A stretch of DNA of 55,109 nucleotides from assembly GCA_050117845.1 (NCBI GenBank), contig JASFLY010000019.1, positions 1 to 55,109 on the forward strand, in the 5' to 3' direction. Each line of letters begins with the position of its first letter. Position 1 is the stretch's first letter. Both the position numbers and the translations under genes were made by a program. Shown here piece by piece: positions 35,981 through 45,278 of the stretch. This stretch comes from Candidatus Zixiibacteriota bacterium. GTDB taxonomy: Bacteria; RBG-13-66-14; B26-G2; WVWN01. The notes under the pieces were generated by a model. The model was not told the DNA's origin and ran no database searches. It saw only the letters and a program-made list of their open reading frames with translations.

Positions 35981-36849
35981 TGTATATTCCGGCGAACGCG
36001 GTTCCGGCGTGGCTCGGCGCCCTGGGATGGGCGGCGGCCGTCGTTTCGGTCGGGGCGGCCGTATGGCGCCTTCGCCGGGACCCGCCGGCCCCCGCCGGCG
36101 TCGTCGCGGCTGCGGCCTTCGTCGCGGCTATACGCCTGTTGGAGTTCCCGATAGGGGAGGGTGCCGGCGGCGCGAGCGTTCTGGCGGTGGGCTTCGCGGT
36201 CGTCGTCTTCGGACCGGAGGTGGCGCTACTCGCGATGGCGGCGGCGACGCTGGCGGCCGGCGTCGTAACCGCGCCGTTCGACGGGGCCGCCCTCGGCGCC
36301 AACCTCCTCGTGTACGCCGCCGTTCTCCCGTGGGTCCTGGGATGGGGCTACGGGGCGTTGAGAAAGGCCGCAACTTCGGCGGCGGCCGGGTACGTCCTGG
36401 CCTTCGTCGCCGGCGTCGCCGGGGCGCCGTTGGCCGCTCTAGCCGTGGGCGTTGTGGCGGGGGCGGGGGGCGCTCTGGGGGGCGCCGCGGCGGTTGGCTT
36501 GTTGAGGGCCGGCCTGGCGCTTTCGGCGGCGGAGGGCGTACTTGCGGCGTGGGGGTACGCGCTGGCAGGTGGGTCCCGCTACGGCGCGGAAGGCCCGGCG
36601 GTAGCCGGCGTCCCGCGTTCCGGGGCCGTAGCGCTCGGCGTTCTGGCCGTCGTCGTGGCCGCGGGGGTAGCGCCGCTGGTCCCGGCCTACGGCGGGCCGC
36701 TGGGGCCGATGCCGGCGCTGGCCCGGGCGGCCTGCCTGTCGTACGGGGGTAAGGTAGCGGCGGGCCTGGCCGTTTGCGGCCTGGCCGCCCTGGCGGCGGC
36801 GCTGCCGTGGTCGGTGGCGCGCCTGTCGCGGCGGCGGGTACCAAAATAA
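35980..36849 (+). CDS. Divergent CbiM/NikM-like ECF transporter substrate-binding membrane protein
   Basis: MYIP start, AAAAFVAAIRLLEFPI.GASVL, FGP, DGAALGAN and EGVL resemble CbiM; the His2 ligand is replaced. Confidence 0.55.
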   Translation: MYIPANAVPAWLGALGWAAAVVSVGAAVWRLRRDPPAPAGVVAAAAFVAAIRLLEFPIGEGAGGASVLAVGFAVVVFGPEVALLAMAAATLAAGVVTAPFDGAALGANLLVYAAVLPWVLGWGYGALRKAATSAAAGYVLAFVAGVAGAPLAALAVGVVAGAGGALGGAAAVGLLRAGLALSAAEGVLAAWGYALAGGSRYGAEGPAVAGVPRSGAVALGVLAVVVAAGVAPLVPAYGGPLGPMPALARAACLSYGGKVAAGLAVCGLAALAAALPWSVARLSRRRVPK

Positions 36850-36902
36850 AAAACGCGTCCCTTAAAAGACGCGTCCGCTTAACGTCTCGCTCGAACTCGA
36901 GC

Positions 36903-37142
36903 CTATTCCGTATCCATTAAAAGGCGCGACGCGGCCACGCCGAAGAGGTCGCGGGCCGCGAGGTCCGACGAAACCTGTTCGTCGAACTTGGCCCGGTACT
37001 GCTCTATCTGCGGGGCGAAAACGGACGTGGCCATGCCCATGGCTTTGGCCTCGTCCAGCATGGTGGCGTCCAGGCCGGCCACCATTTCCTCGGCCAGTTT
37101 CTCCGCGAGCGCCGCGGCTTCCTTTTCGTCTTCTATCGGCAT
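36903..37142 (-). CDS. Small helical hypothetical protein
   Basis: 79-aa ORF with natural composition, 4 bp downstream of the DUF3343 gene. Confidence 0.65.
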   Translation of the reverse strand: MPIEDEKEAAALAEKLAEEMVAGLDATMLDEAKAMGMATSVFAPQIEQYRAKFDEQVSSDLAARDLFGVAASRLLMDTE

Positions 37143-37146
37143 AACT

Positions 37147-37404
37147 TCAATGACTCCGGACGACGTCGTAGTCGGCGAGACCTTCCATCTCGAGGGCGGC
37201 GGCCAGGCCGTCCAGGTCGGCGGCGGTTACCTGCAACGCCACGCCGCAACGTCCCGTGAGGCCCGGCGGCCGGGGTATTACTTCCGCCCGGTATCCCGAA
37301 CGCGCCGCCACCTTCTCGGCCGCCATGGTGTCGTGCGTACTCGGGAAGTGGAGGACGGCGTACTCGCGTTCGGCCGCCGGGCTGTTGTCGGTTCTGGTCG
37401 GCAT
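37147..37404 (-). CDS. DUF3343 family protein (putative S/Se carrier-like)
   Basis: F-x-STH-x-x-MAAEK...VIPRP-x-x-L-x-x-x-CGVAL motif. Confidence 0.8.
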   Translation of the reverse strand: MPTRTDNSPAAEREYAVLHFPSTHDTMAAEKVAARSGYRAEVIPRPPGLTGRCGVALQVTAADLDGLAAALEMEGLADYDVVRSH

Positions 37405-37526
37405 ACGCCGGTTACGTTTAAATTTATAAAATATACCGGCCGGCGTCAAGCGAAATACGGGACCCCGCGTACAAGCGGGAAGCCGCCCCGGAGGGCGGCT
37501 TATTCGGGCCATCTCGTTTTACATAT

Positions 37527-38249
37527 TTAATAGAATATCGCTTTGACCTTGCCGATTGACGAGGGGGCGACGGCATTATCCCCCAGATCCAGCTTCCATA
37601 TATAATGACTACCGACCGTGGTGGCTATCCACAGGTACGTGCCGTCCGAGCAGCAACCCCACGGGTATCCGGCCGGCGGCGACAAGGTAGCCACTATAGA
37701 GCCGGTGGTCGTGAGTTGATATACGGTATGGGTCGGGCTGTAACTGCCGCAGTATAGATAGGTCCCGTCCCAGCCGGGGTCGAACGGCGGGAAAGAGATC
37801 GAAAAGGAGCTAACGAGCGAGCCGTCGGTCGTATACTGCCAGAACCCCCTGGGGGTGTTCGACGTAACCCAGAAGTAACTCCCGTCGTAGGCGAGGCCGC
37901 CGTAAATATCGTCAACGAGGAACGAACTTATAATACTACCTGACGTGGTGCGACGGTTTACGGAATCCGGGGAATAGCGGCCGTCGTAAATACTCGAGTC
38001 GGCCCACGTTAAACCGCGCGCGCTGTAACCGAAGCCCGTGGTGTAGGAAGATACTATGCTTCCGTCGCCGGGGTCGAGTCGGAAGGTATAGTCCGGCGTT
38101 TGGGTGGTGCACCAGAGGTACTCGCCGTCCCACGCCAACGCGGACGGGTTGGTGCCGGGGCCGGGGAACGACGCTATTAACTCGCCGAATACTCCCCAGG
38201 CCGCCGCCCCTACCAGCGACAACGCGACTACTAAACCGATCCTTTTCAT
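37527..38249 (-). CDS. Secreted beta-propeller repeat protein with a conserved C-terminal motif
   Basis: Signal peptide, about five [GA]L-x-[WY]DG-x-x-LW...G-x-x-x-SSF repeats, ending VAPSSIGKVKAIFY; ATG 38249 follows AAGGAGGT. Confidence 0.8.
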   Translation of the reverse strand: MKRIGLVVALSLVGAAAWGVFGELIASFPGPGTNPSALAWDGEYLWCTTQTPDYTFRLDPGDGSIVSSYTTGFGYSARGLTWADSSIYDGRYSPDSVNRRTTSGSIISSFLVDDIYGGLAYDGSYFWVTSNTPRGFWQYTTDGSLVSSFSISFPPFDPGWDGTYLYCGSYSPTHTVYQLTTTGSIVATLSPPAGYPWGCCSDGTYLWIATTVGSHYIWKLDLGDNAVAPSSIGKVKAIFY

Positions 38250-38416
38250 TAATGACCTCCTTATATGACCCGCTCGTTTTATAACATATTTACCCGGGGG
38301 ATGTAAGAAAACTCTATCCCGCCGGTATTGCTTTGTGCGGCACAAGCCGAATAAACGGGATTTAAAACCGCCCCCGGGGGAGCGGTTGAAGGGACGTTTC
38401 AATTCGGGTTTTTATA

Positions 38417-39148
38417 TTATTGGAATAAGGCCTTAACTCTACCCACCGACGCGGGCGCGACGCCCGTGAATCCCGAATCCAGTTTCCAAATCAGGTCACT
38501 CCCGGCGGTGGTGGATATCCACAGGTAATTACCGCCGCAACAACAACCCCACGGGAAATTGTGCGGGGGCGAGACCGAACTAACGACCGAACCGGTGGTC
38601 GTGAGTTGATATATGGTATGGGTCGGGCTGTAACTGCCGCAGTATAAATAGGTTCCGTCCCAGCCCGGATCGAACGGGACAAAGTCGACCGTAAACGATC
38701 CGAGGAGCGAGCCGGCAAGGGTGAAACTGGAGAAGACGTTCGCGGTCGTAGAGGTCGAAGACGTTACCCATAAGTTAGTCCCGTCGTACGTTAGGCCTCC
38801 GTAATAATTGGTAACCGGGAACGAACTCGCGATACTACCCGACGTGGCGCGCTTGTATATACGATTGGTGCTGTTGTTGCCCTCGTAAATGCTCGAGTCG
38901 GCCCATGCCAAACCGCGCGCGGCGTAGGCGAAACCCGTGGCGTACGAGGATATGACGCTTCCGTTGTCGGGGTTTACCCGGTAGGTGTATTCGGGGTGTT
39001 GGGTGGAGCACCAGAGGTATTGGCCGTCCCACGTAAGCGACACCGGGTTGCCGCCCGGGGCGGGAAAAGAACCTATTACGTCCCCCCACGCTCCCCACGT
39101 GGCCACCGCTATAAATAACGACCCGATAATAATAGCGGTATATTTCAT
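38417..39148 (-). CDS. Secreted beta-propeller repeat protein, tandem paralog
   Basis: Same repeats as 37527..38249, ending VAPASVGRVKALFQ. Confidence 0.8.
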   Translation of the reverse strand: MKYTAIIIGSLFIAVATWGAWGDVIGSFPAPGGNPVSLTWDGQYLWCSTQHPEYTYRVNPDNGSVISSYATGFAYAARGLAWADSSIYEGNNSTNRIYKRATSGSIASSFPVTNYYGGLTYDGTNLWVTSSTSTTANVFSSFTLAGSLLGSFTVDFVPFDPGWDGTYLYCGSYSPTHTIYQLTTTGSVVSSVSPPHNFPWGCCCGGNYLWISTTAGSDLIWKLDSGFTGVAPASVGRVKALFQ

Positions 39149-39302
39149 CAATTGCCTCCTTTCGACCCATAACTATATAACACATTGGACGGTGGAACGC
39201 AAATCGACCTTCTACCACGCGTCCTTCACCGCAGTGCCGGACCCGTTAGTACGATGCAAAAAGCCGCCCAGACGGGCGGCTTCGGTGTCGGGTGACTTGC
39301 TT

Positions 39303-39659
39303 TTAGCGGAAAAGCGCCTTTACCCGGCCGTAAGAGGACGGTTCCACGGGCGTGCCGGTTACGCGGACCGTCCCCGTCATCGCCGGGTGATAAGTGCAGT
39401 GGTACGTGAATACCCCCGTTTGGTTAAATTTCCGCTCGTAATCCTCGCCGTGCGCCAGGTCTCCGGAGTCCCATTTACCCGTGTCGGATGTCGACGTATG
39501 GAGTACCTGGTCCAAGTTGACCCACCTTACGTCCTCGCCTTTTTCGACGACGACGACGGCGGGGTTGAACGCGAAATTCTCGATACGTACTTCCATAGCG
39601 GCGAAAGCGGCGCCGGCGATCAAGGCGGCCGCTGATATTATACCCACGATTTTTATCAT
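39303..39659 (-). CDS. Secreted cupredoxin (plastocyanin/amicyanin-like) with a conserved C-terminal motif
   Basis: Type-1 Cu ligands H(TSTS)...C-x2-H-x2-M (YHCTYHPAM); signal peptide; ends VEPSSYGRVKALFR. Confidence 0.88.
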   Translation of the reverse strand: MIKIVGIISAAALIAGAAFAAMEVRIENFAFNPAVVVVEKGEDVRWVNLDQVLHTSTSDTGKWDSGDLAHGEDYERKFNQTGVFTYHCTYHPAMTGTVRVTGTPVEPSSYGRVKALFR

Positions 39660-39756
39660 GGCGTTACCTCCTTATTTATATATTATCAAATTGCTCATGT
39701 ATGGTCAAGGGGTTTTTTAGATTGCGTTCCGGCCCCGAGGGTTTTATATTATACGG

Positions 39757-40446
39757 ATGCGAAATGCCTCGGTAAGCGCTTGCGCGCCGGCCTTTAACGA
39801 GGCCGGCAACGTCGAAAGGGTCGTCCGGGAGTTCGACGAGACCTTGCGGGGCGCGGGCGTGGACTACGAAATAATTATTGTGGACGACGGCTCGAAGGAC
39901 GAGACGGCCGAGATCCTCCGGCGCCTCCAGGGAGAGGTGGCGGCGCTACGCCTCGTCATACACGAGACGAACGAGGGGTACGGTAAAAGCCTGCGCGACG
40001 CCTTCGACGCGGCGGCCAAGGATTACGTGTTCTACACCGACGGCGACGGCCAGTTCGACCTCAGCGAGATGGCGTCTTTTTTACCCCTGCTTGGGGGCTC
40101 GAACGCGGTCGTCGGTTACCGCCTGGCCCGGGCCGAGGGGGCGTTGCGGCAATTTTGCTCGCGTGGTTACAACCTGTTGGTCCGAATACTCTTCGGCCTG
40201 AAGATCCGTGATATCGATTGTTCATTCAAATTCCTGCCGCGGCGCGAACTCCAGGCTCTGGCGCTCCATTCCGACAAATTCTTCATCGACACCGAACTCA
40301 TGGTCAAACTCAAACGGGCGGGGGTAGAGGTGGACGAGCGGGGCGTCCGGCATCTGCCCCGGGAGCACGGCCGCTCGACGGTTTCACCGGCGCACATTTT
40401 TACCACGCTGGGCGAGCTGGCGGGATTGCTCTTCGAGCGTAAATAA
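39757..40446 (+). CDS. Glycosyltransferase family 2 (polyprenol-phosphate sugar synthase-like)
   Basis: PAFNEAGN, IVDDGSKDET, NEGYG, TDGDGQFD and DIDCSFK. Confidence 0.9.
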   Translation: MRNASVSACAPAFNEAGNVERVVREFDETLRGAGVDYEIIIVDDGSKDETAEILRRLQGEVAALRLVIHETNEGYGKSLRDAFDAAAKDYVFYTDGDGQFDLSEMASFLPLLGGSNAVVGYRLARAEGALRQFCSRGYNLLVRILFGLKIRDIDCSFKFLPRRELQALALHSDKFFIDTELMVKLKRAGVEVDERGVRHLPREHGRSTVSPAHIFTTLGELAGLLFERK

Positions 40447-40684
40447 AACGAACGGGCCCGAAAACGGGCCCGTTTGGTTGAGCGTTTGAAAATCGCGTTA
40501 AGCGGCCGGCTTGGCGGTTTGGGTTCCGGCGCTGTTTTCCACCACCCCCGGATCCCCTCGCGGCCGGCCGGCTTAATTATGGAGGTTCCGCTAACTCCAT
40601 TAAATTGTAGTTTTTATAGGCCATATCGCCGTCTATTAGGCGTCCCACGGACGTTGTTGGTTTAAACGAATCGGCCCCCTTTCC
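40445..40684 (-). ncRNA. Candidate structured small RNA (unassigned family)
   Basis: Lies between a strong minus-strand promoter (40691-40719) and a terminator hairpin (40448-40478). It contains several hairpins and no substantial minus-strand ORF. Confidence 0.4.
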
Positions 40685-40690
40685 GTATAA

Positions 40691-40719
40691 ATTATAACAA
40701 ATCCGGGCCCTCGGGTCAA
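40691..40719 (-). promoter_or_regulatory. Strong sigma70 promoter with extended -10
   Basis: Minus strand TTGACC, 17-bp spacer ending TGT, then TATAAT. Confidence 0.65.
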
Positions 40720-40766
40720 AAACGACGGGTTGTCTCTACGGCTCCGGCCCGAACCCCGCGCGAACC

Positions 40767-41510
40767 ATGGATGAGTCCCCGAAAAAGCACGGCCGGCCGC
40801 CGCGCGCGGTCTTCTTCGACCTCGATAATACGCTATTCGACCACCGCCGCGCCGCCCGCGAGGCCCTGGCCGAGCTGCATCGCCGCTACGCCGCCGGCAC
40901 CGACTTCGACGAGTTCGTTCGCCTGTACTTCGAAATTAACCAGCGGATGTGGCTTCTTCTCTCCACCGGGGAGATAGACGTCGCGACGTTGCGGGCCCGG
41001 CGTTTCGTCGAGCTCTTCGCTCGGGTGGGATTGGGGGAGCCCCCCGACGCCGCGGCCCTGGGCCGAGAGTACTTCGACGTTTACCTGGGGTTGAGTTACG
41101 CGCTGCCCGGGGCCGAGGCGGCCCTGGCCGAACTCGCGCCGCTGGTGCCGCTGGGCCTTCTGACCAACGGCTTCACCGACATCCAGGCGGTCAAGATCGA
41201 CCGGTTGGGATGGCGCAAGTATTTCAAATGGGTGGCGGTGGCGGAGGAACTCGGCGTATTCAAGCCCGCCCCGGAGATTTACGAGCGCATTTGCGGGATG
41301 GCCGGCCTTCCGCCCGAAGACGTCCTGTACGTCGGCGATTCGCCGGTGGAGGATATTATAGCCGGCCGCCGGGCGGGACTCCGGACAGTATGGGTACGGC
41401 GCGACGGGCCGGAGGTGGCGAAGTGGGCGGCGGAGGCCGAGGCCGATTACGAGGTGGCCGACGCGGCCGCGGTAGTTCCGCTGGTCAAGCGGCTCCTGGC
41501 TTCGGGTTAA
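40767..41510 (+). CDS. HAD superfamily hydrolase (YjjG-like nucleotidase)
   Basis: FDLDNTL, LTNGF, KPAPEIY and VGDSPVEDIIAG. Confidence 0.88.
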   Translation: MDESPKKHGRPPRAVFFDLDNTLFDHRRAAREALAELHRRYAAGTDFDEFVRLYFEINQRMWLLLSTGEIDVATLRARRFVELFARVGLGEPPDAAALGREYFDVYLGLSYALPGAEAALAELAPLVPLGLLTNGFTDIQAVKIDRLGWRKYFKWVAVAEELGVFKPAPEIYERICGMAGLPPEDVLYVGDSPVEDIIAGRRAGLRTVWVRRDGPEVAKWAAEAEADYEVADAAAVVPLVKRLLASG

Positions 41511-41532
41511 CGGCCGCCGTCCCCGGGCCGTG

Positions 41533-41567
41533 AAAAAGCCGCCCCACAGGCCGGGCGGCTTTTTTTC
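41533..41567. terminator. Bidirectional rho-independent terminator
   Basis: AAAAAGCCGCCC...GGGCGGCTTTTTTT between convergent genes. Confidence 0.8.
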
Positions 41568-41582
41568 GCGTATATCGCTTCC

Positions 41583-42194
41583 TTAGCGTTTCGTGGTAAC
41601 TTCAATTTCGGTGAGGCCGGTGACTTTGGCGTCGACCTCGACCTCGGCCCGGTCGCCGACTTTGATGACGTGTTTGCCCGGTTTGAGTTTTTTAAGTATT
41701 AACGGCGTCACGCCCATTGCGTCACCGTCGACGGTCACGGTCTCGCCCGCCACGTCGGAGTTGACGTAGACGAGCGCCCGAACTTCATAGAACGACGTGT
41801 ATCCGGTTTTTATCTTCGTCAGCCCGGAGGTCAGCTCGCCCTCGGGGGGCGGCGTTTCCTCGGGCGGAACCTCTTCCGGCGGTTCCGGTTTATTGATGAT
41901 CGTGAAGCCGGACGGTTCGGCCTTGGCCCGGAGCGTCCCGCCTTCCGGGAAATCGACGACGCCGTCGTACCACTCCTCGTCGAAGGCGTCGGTAATTCGT
42001 ACGAAGTGTTCCCCCGGCGTGACGTTCCGGACGGTCGCTTTGTGGCCGGAAAGCGGTATTTCGGCGGCCCTGTCCCCGTCGACGTAAATTATACACCATC
42101 CCTCGTCGCTGACTACCTCTAGTGTGGCGCCCGGGCCGGCGGCACAGGCCGGAAGGGCGGCCGCTAAGGCCAACGTTATAATTTGGCGAACCAC
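41583..42194 (-). CDS. Exported PEGA-domain protein
   Basis: Signal peptide; two PEGA-like domains (IYVDG...TPGEH and VDG...GVTPL...LKPGKH) joined by a Pro/Glu linker. Confidence 0.75.
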   Translation of the reverse strand: MVRQIITLALAAALPACAAGPGATLEVVSDEGWCIIYVDGDRAAEIPLSGHKATVRNVTPGEHFVRITDAFDEEWYDGVVDFPEGGTLRAKAEPSGFTIINKPEPPEEVPPEETPPPEGELTSGLTKIKTGYTSFYEVRALVYVNSDVAGETVTVDGDAMGVTPLILKKLKPGKHVIKVGDRAEVEVDAKVTGLTEIEVTTKR

Positions 42195-42315
42195 GGTACC
42201 TCCTTGATGGTTGAAGTGCGAATGGCGCTATAATAATAGACTCCGGCCGCCGAGACAAGTTTAATTATACGGCCCCTTGCCCCCGAGGGCGGAGCTTGTT
42301 ATAATTTAATCCATT

Positions 42316-42801
42316 ATGACACGAGTAGGGATAGGATACGACGTTCACGGTTTCGGAGGCGAGGGGCCCATAGTCCTGGGCGGCGTCGAGATACCGTACG
42401 AGCGGGGCCTCAAGGGCCATTCGGACGCGGACGTGCTTCTCCACGCCGTCATGGACGCCATGCTGGGCGCCGCGGCGCTCAAGGACATAGGCCGCCAATT
42501 CCCCGACACCGACGTGCGCTTCAAGGGTGCGGACAGCTCGAAACTGCTCGGCGAAGTCCGGACCATGATCGAGGACGAGGCCATGTGCGTGGCCAACCTC
42601 GATTGCATCATCATCGTGGAACGGCCTCGCCTCGCGAAATACATCGACCGTATTCGAAGCCGGCTGGCGGAGTTGGCGGGCGTCGACGTCGCCGCGGTGG
42701 GCGTTAAGGCCAAGACGAACGAGGGTTTCGGTTACATCGGCGAGGGCGAGGCCATCGCGGCTTGGGCCGCGGTCGTCCTCGAGCCGGCCGAGAAATCGTA
42801 A
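42316..42801 (+). CDS. ispF: 2-C-methyl-D-erythritol 2,4-cyclodiphosphate synthase
   Basis: RVGIGYDVH, GHSDADVLLHA, DIGRQFPDTD and KAKTNEG. Confidence 0.95.
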   Translation: MTRVGIGYDVHGFGGEGPIVLGGVEIPYERGLKGHSDADVLLHAVMDAMLGAAALKDIGRQFPDTDVRFKGADSSKLLGEVRTMIEDEAMCVANLDCIIIVERPRLAKYIDRIRSRLAELAGVDVAAVGVKAKTNEGFGYIGEGEAIAAWAAVVLEPAEKS

Positions 42802-42825
42802 CCGACGGCGCTCCTTACGCCCCCC

Positions 42826-43248
42826 ATGGGAAGCATTCGCTATATCGAGCACACCGCCGACGCCGGCGTCGAGATAAAGGCCGACACGAGGGAAGAGCTT
42901 TTCGTCCTCGGCGCCCGGGCCCTGTACCAGTTGATCCTCGACTACGACACGGTCGAGTCGAGGGAAGAACGAACCGTCGAACTCGCCGCGCCCGATCTGG
43001 CCGAGCTGTTCCACGAATGGCTCTCCGAGTTGCTTTATCTCGTCGACGCCGATCGGCTGGTTTTCCGGAGATTCGGCTTCGCCTTCAACGAGGACGAGAC
43101 GCGGCTCTCGGCGACGCTTGTGGGCGAAGAAATCGAGCCGGACCGGCACCGGCCCCACGGCGAAATTAAAAACGTGACGTACGCCGACTACGCGTTGGAA
43201 CGCCGGGACGACGGGTCCTTCGTCGTCCGCGTTATCTTCGATTTGTAA
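42826..43248 (+). CDS. Archease
   Basis: EHTAD, WLSELLY, EIKNVTY and C-terminal VIFDL are the archease signature. Confidence 0.9.
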   Translation: MGSIRYIEHTADAGVEIKADTREELFVLGARALYQLILDYDTVESREERTVELAAPDLAELFHEWLSELLYLVDADRLVFRRFGFAFNEDETRLSATLVGEEIEPDRHRPHGEIKNVTYADYALERRDDGSFVVRVIFDL

Positions 43249-43353
43249 CCCGGACCCCTCCCCGCTACGTCGTACTACCGCCCCCCGGGCGGTCTTTTGC
43301 CAATGCGGCGAAAAGCTTACGCCGGCCGCGTTATGTGTGATAGAATAATTTTC

Positions 43354-45261
43354 ATGAAGTGGAGCGCCGCCGTTATCGCCGTCCTGTGCCTCGCGGGCGG
43401 GGGGGTCGCGTACGCCCAGGGCTACGCGGGTGACGACGCCTTCACGCTTAAAAATATCGACGTCGACGGTAATAAGCACTTCAAAGACAAGGCCATCCGC
43501 GATTTGCTGGGCGTCGAAAAGGGCGAGGTGTACGAGAGGTACCTTTTCGATTACCTCCTGGAACAGGGGATAGCCGCCGTCGAAAAGGCCTATACCTCCG
43601 AAGGGTATCACGACGCCCGGGTGCGCTGGGCGTTCCGCGGCGTCAAGGAAGGCGAGCGCAAACTACAAGTGCGCGTGGACGAGGGGCCCCGGGCCGAAAT
43701 TACGGATATCCTCCTCGACGGCGTGGCCCCGGAACGCTATCTGGACGTCCGCGAGAACCTCGGCGTCGACGTCGGTTCGCCCCTTTCCGCGAAGCTTCTG
43801 AGCGACGCGGCCCTCAAGATAGGCCGATACTACAGCGACCTCGGTTACGCCCGCGCCAGCGCCACCCTTAAAATCGACCGCGACACCGGCGTCGTGACGT
43901 TCGCGGTGACCGAAGGCCGCGTTTACCACGTCGGCGAAATCGTCGTCGCCGGCAACGAGAAAACCCGCCCCAAGATAATTTCCCGCGAAATCGAATATAA
44001 GATTAAACCGGACCGCTTGTGGCGAGGGTCCAAAATAGACGAGAGCCGGGCGAATATTTACCGCACCGGCCTCTATCGCGACCTGCGCGTCGAGGCCGTG
44101 GAGTCGCCCCGCTCCGCCGATCTCGTGGACGTTTTGGTCATCGTGCGGGAGGACAAATTCCGGTGGTACAAGCTCGAGCCGGGCTACGAGTCGCCCGACC
44201 GCGCGTCCTTCACCGTGGGCTGGGGGCACAACAACGTTTTCGGCAACAACCAGCGTTTCTCGGCCGAGACCTCCATCGCCTACGGCTTCGCGACCGAGGA
44301 GTCCGATTTCGGCGTGGAGCTTACGTACACCGAACCGTGGCTTTTCGGCTACCGTTTGCGTGGCTCAAGCACGGTGTATTACGACCGGGAAATCGACCAC
44401 AAGAAGACCGGCGTGCACGAGCGTTTGTGGGCGGTCGGTTTGGAACCGCGGATTACCCGCGAGATAACCGACGACCTGGAGGTCTCCGGAGGGTTCAGAT
44501 TCAAACGTTATAAAAGGGATATCGAGCTCGCCGTAGGTGACCGCAACGTCGCCTCGCCTCTCTGGGAGGGCGGCCTGGCGCAGAGGTATTTAAAGGACCA
44601 GGGGCTGGAGAACATCGCGAGTTTTATTTTCTCGTCCACCTATTCGACCCGGGACGACATCTTCAATCCCCTCAGCGGTTTTTACCTTTCCGGGTCGGAG
44701 GAAACGGCCGGCGGCCTTTTGCCGGGCGTTGACTTCTGGCGGGTAATCGTGGACGGCCGACAATACCTTCAGGTGGGCGAGGCCGCGACCATGGCCGCCC
44801 GCGTGCGCGGCGGCTACGCCCGGGCGTACGGCGCAACGAAGGACGTACCGTACGGCGAGAAATTCTTCGCGGGCGGCGCGTACTCCGTCCGCGGCTACGG
44901 CGAGGAGGAAGTGGGACCTACGGTCTTTCTCCAGGGAGAGGAATACTCGGCCGGGGGAAACGTCCTTTTTGTGGGGAACGCCGAGCTCCGCTTCCAGCTG
45001 CCGTTCACAGCGGGCCGGCGTGTGCCGGGCGTCGGCCTTAACCTGGGCAACCTGTGGGCGGGGCTCTTCGCCGATACCGGCAACGTGTGGGCCGATTGGG
45101 CGTCGGCGAACGAGGGGCGTTTGTTTTACGGCGCGGGGTTCGGCCTGCGCTACAACACGCCGGTAGGCCCGATCCGCTTCGATTACGGCCGGGCGATAAT
45201 GGAGAAGACGAAAGAGAAAACCAGCGGCCGCTTCTACCTGGCGTTCGGCCACATATTTTAA
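43354..45261 (+). CDS. tamA: BamA/TamA (Omp85) family outer membrane protein with about three POTRA domains
   Basis: POTRA-like GN-x-x-F/T repeats, FFAGGAYSVRGY, GFGLRYNTPVGPIRFDYG and C-terminal GHIF; directly upstream of tamB. Confidence 0.8.
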   Translation: MKWSAAVIAVLCLAGGGVAYAQGYAGDDAFTLKNIDVDGNKHFKDKAIRDLLGVEKGEVYERYLFDYLLEQGIAAVEKAYTSEGYHDARVRWAFRGVKEGERKLQVRVDEGPRAEITDILLDGVAPERYLDVRENLGVDVGSPLSAKLLSDAALKIGRYYSDLGYARASATLKIDRDTGVVTFAVTEGRVYHVGEIVVAGNEKTRPKIISREIEYKIKPDRLWRGSKIDESRANIYRTGLYRDLRVEAVESPRSADLVDVLVIVREDKFRWYKLEPGYESPDRASFTVGWGHNNVFGNNQRFSAETSIAYGFATEESDFGVELTYTEPWLFGYRLRGSSTVYYDREIDHKKTGVHERLWAVGLEPRITREITDDLEVSGGFRFKRYKRDIELAVGDRNVASPLWEGGLAQRYLKDQGLENIASFIFSSTYSTRDDIFNPLSGFYLSGSEETAGGLLPGVDFWRVIVDGRQYLQVGEAATMAARVRGGYARAYGATKDVPYGEKFFAGGAYSVRGYGEEEVGPTVFLQGEEYSAGGNVLFVGNAELRFQLPFTAGRRVPGVGLNLGNLWAGLFADTGNVWADWASANEGRLFYGAGFGLRYNTPVGPIRFDYGRAIMEKTKEKTSGRFYLAFGHIF

Positions 45262-45278
45262 CGGGGATACGCAAACGT

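Noticed and set aside
40660..40684. tmRNA (GGGGGCCGATT 5'-like start) or SRP RNA
   Set aside because: No TTCGA T-loop or CCA 3' end, too short for tmRNA, and the SRP CAGG-x-x-x-GGAA-x-x-x-AGCAG core is absent.
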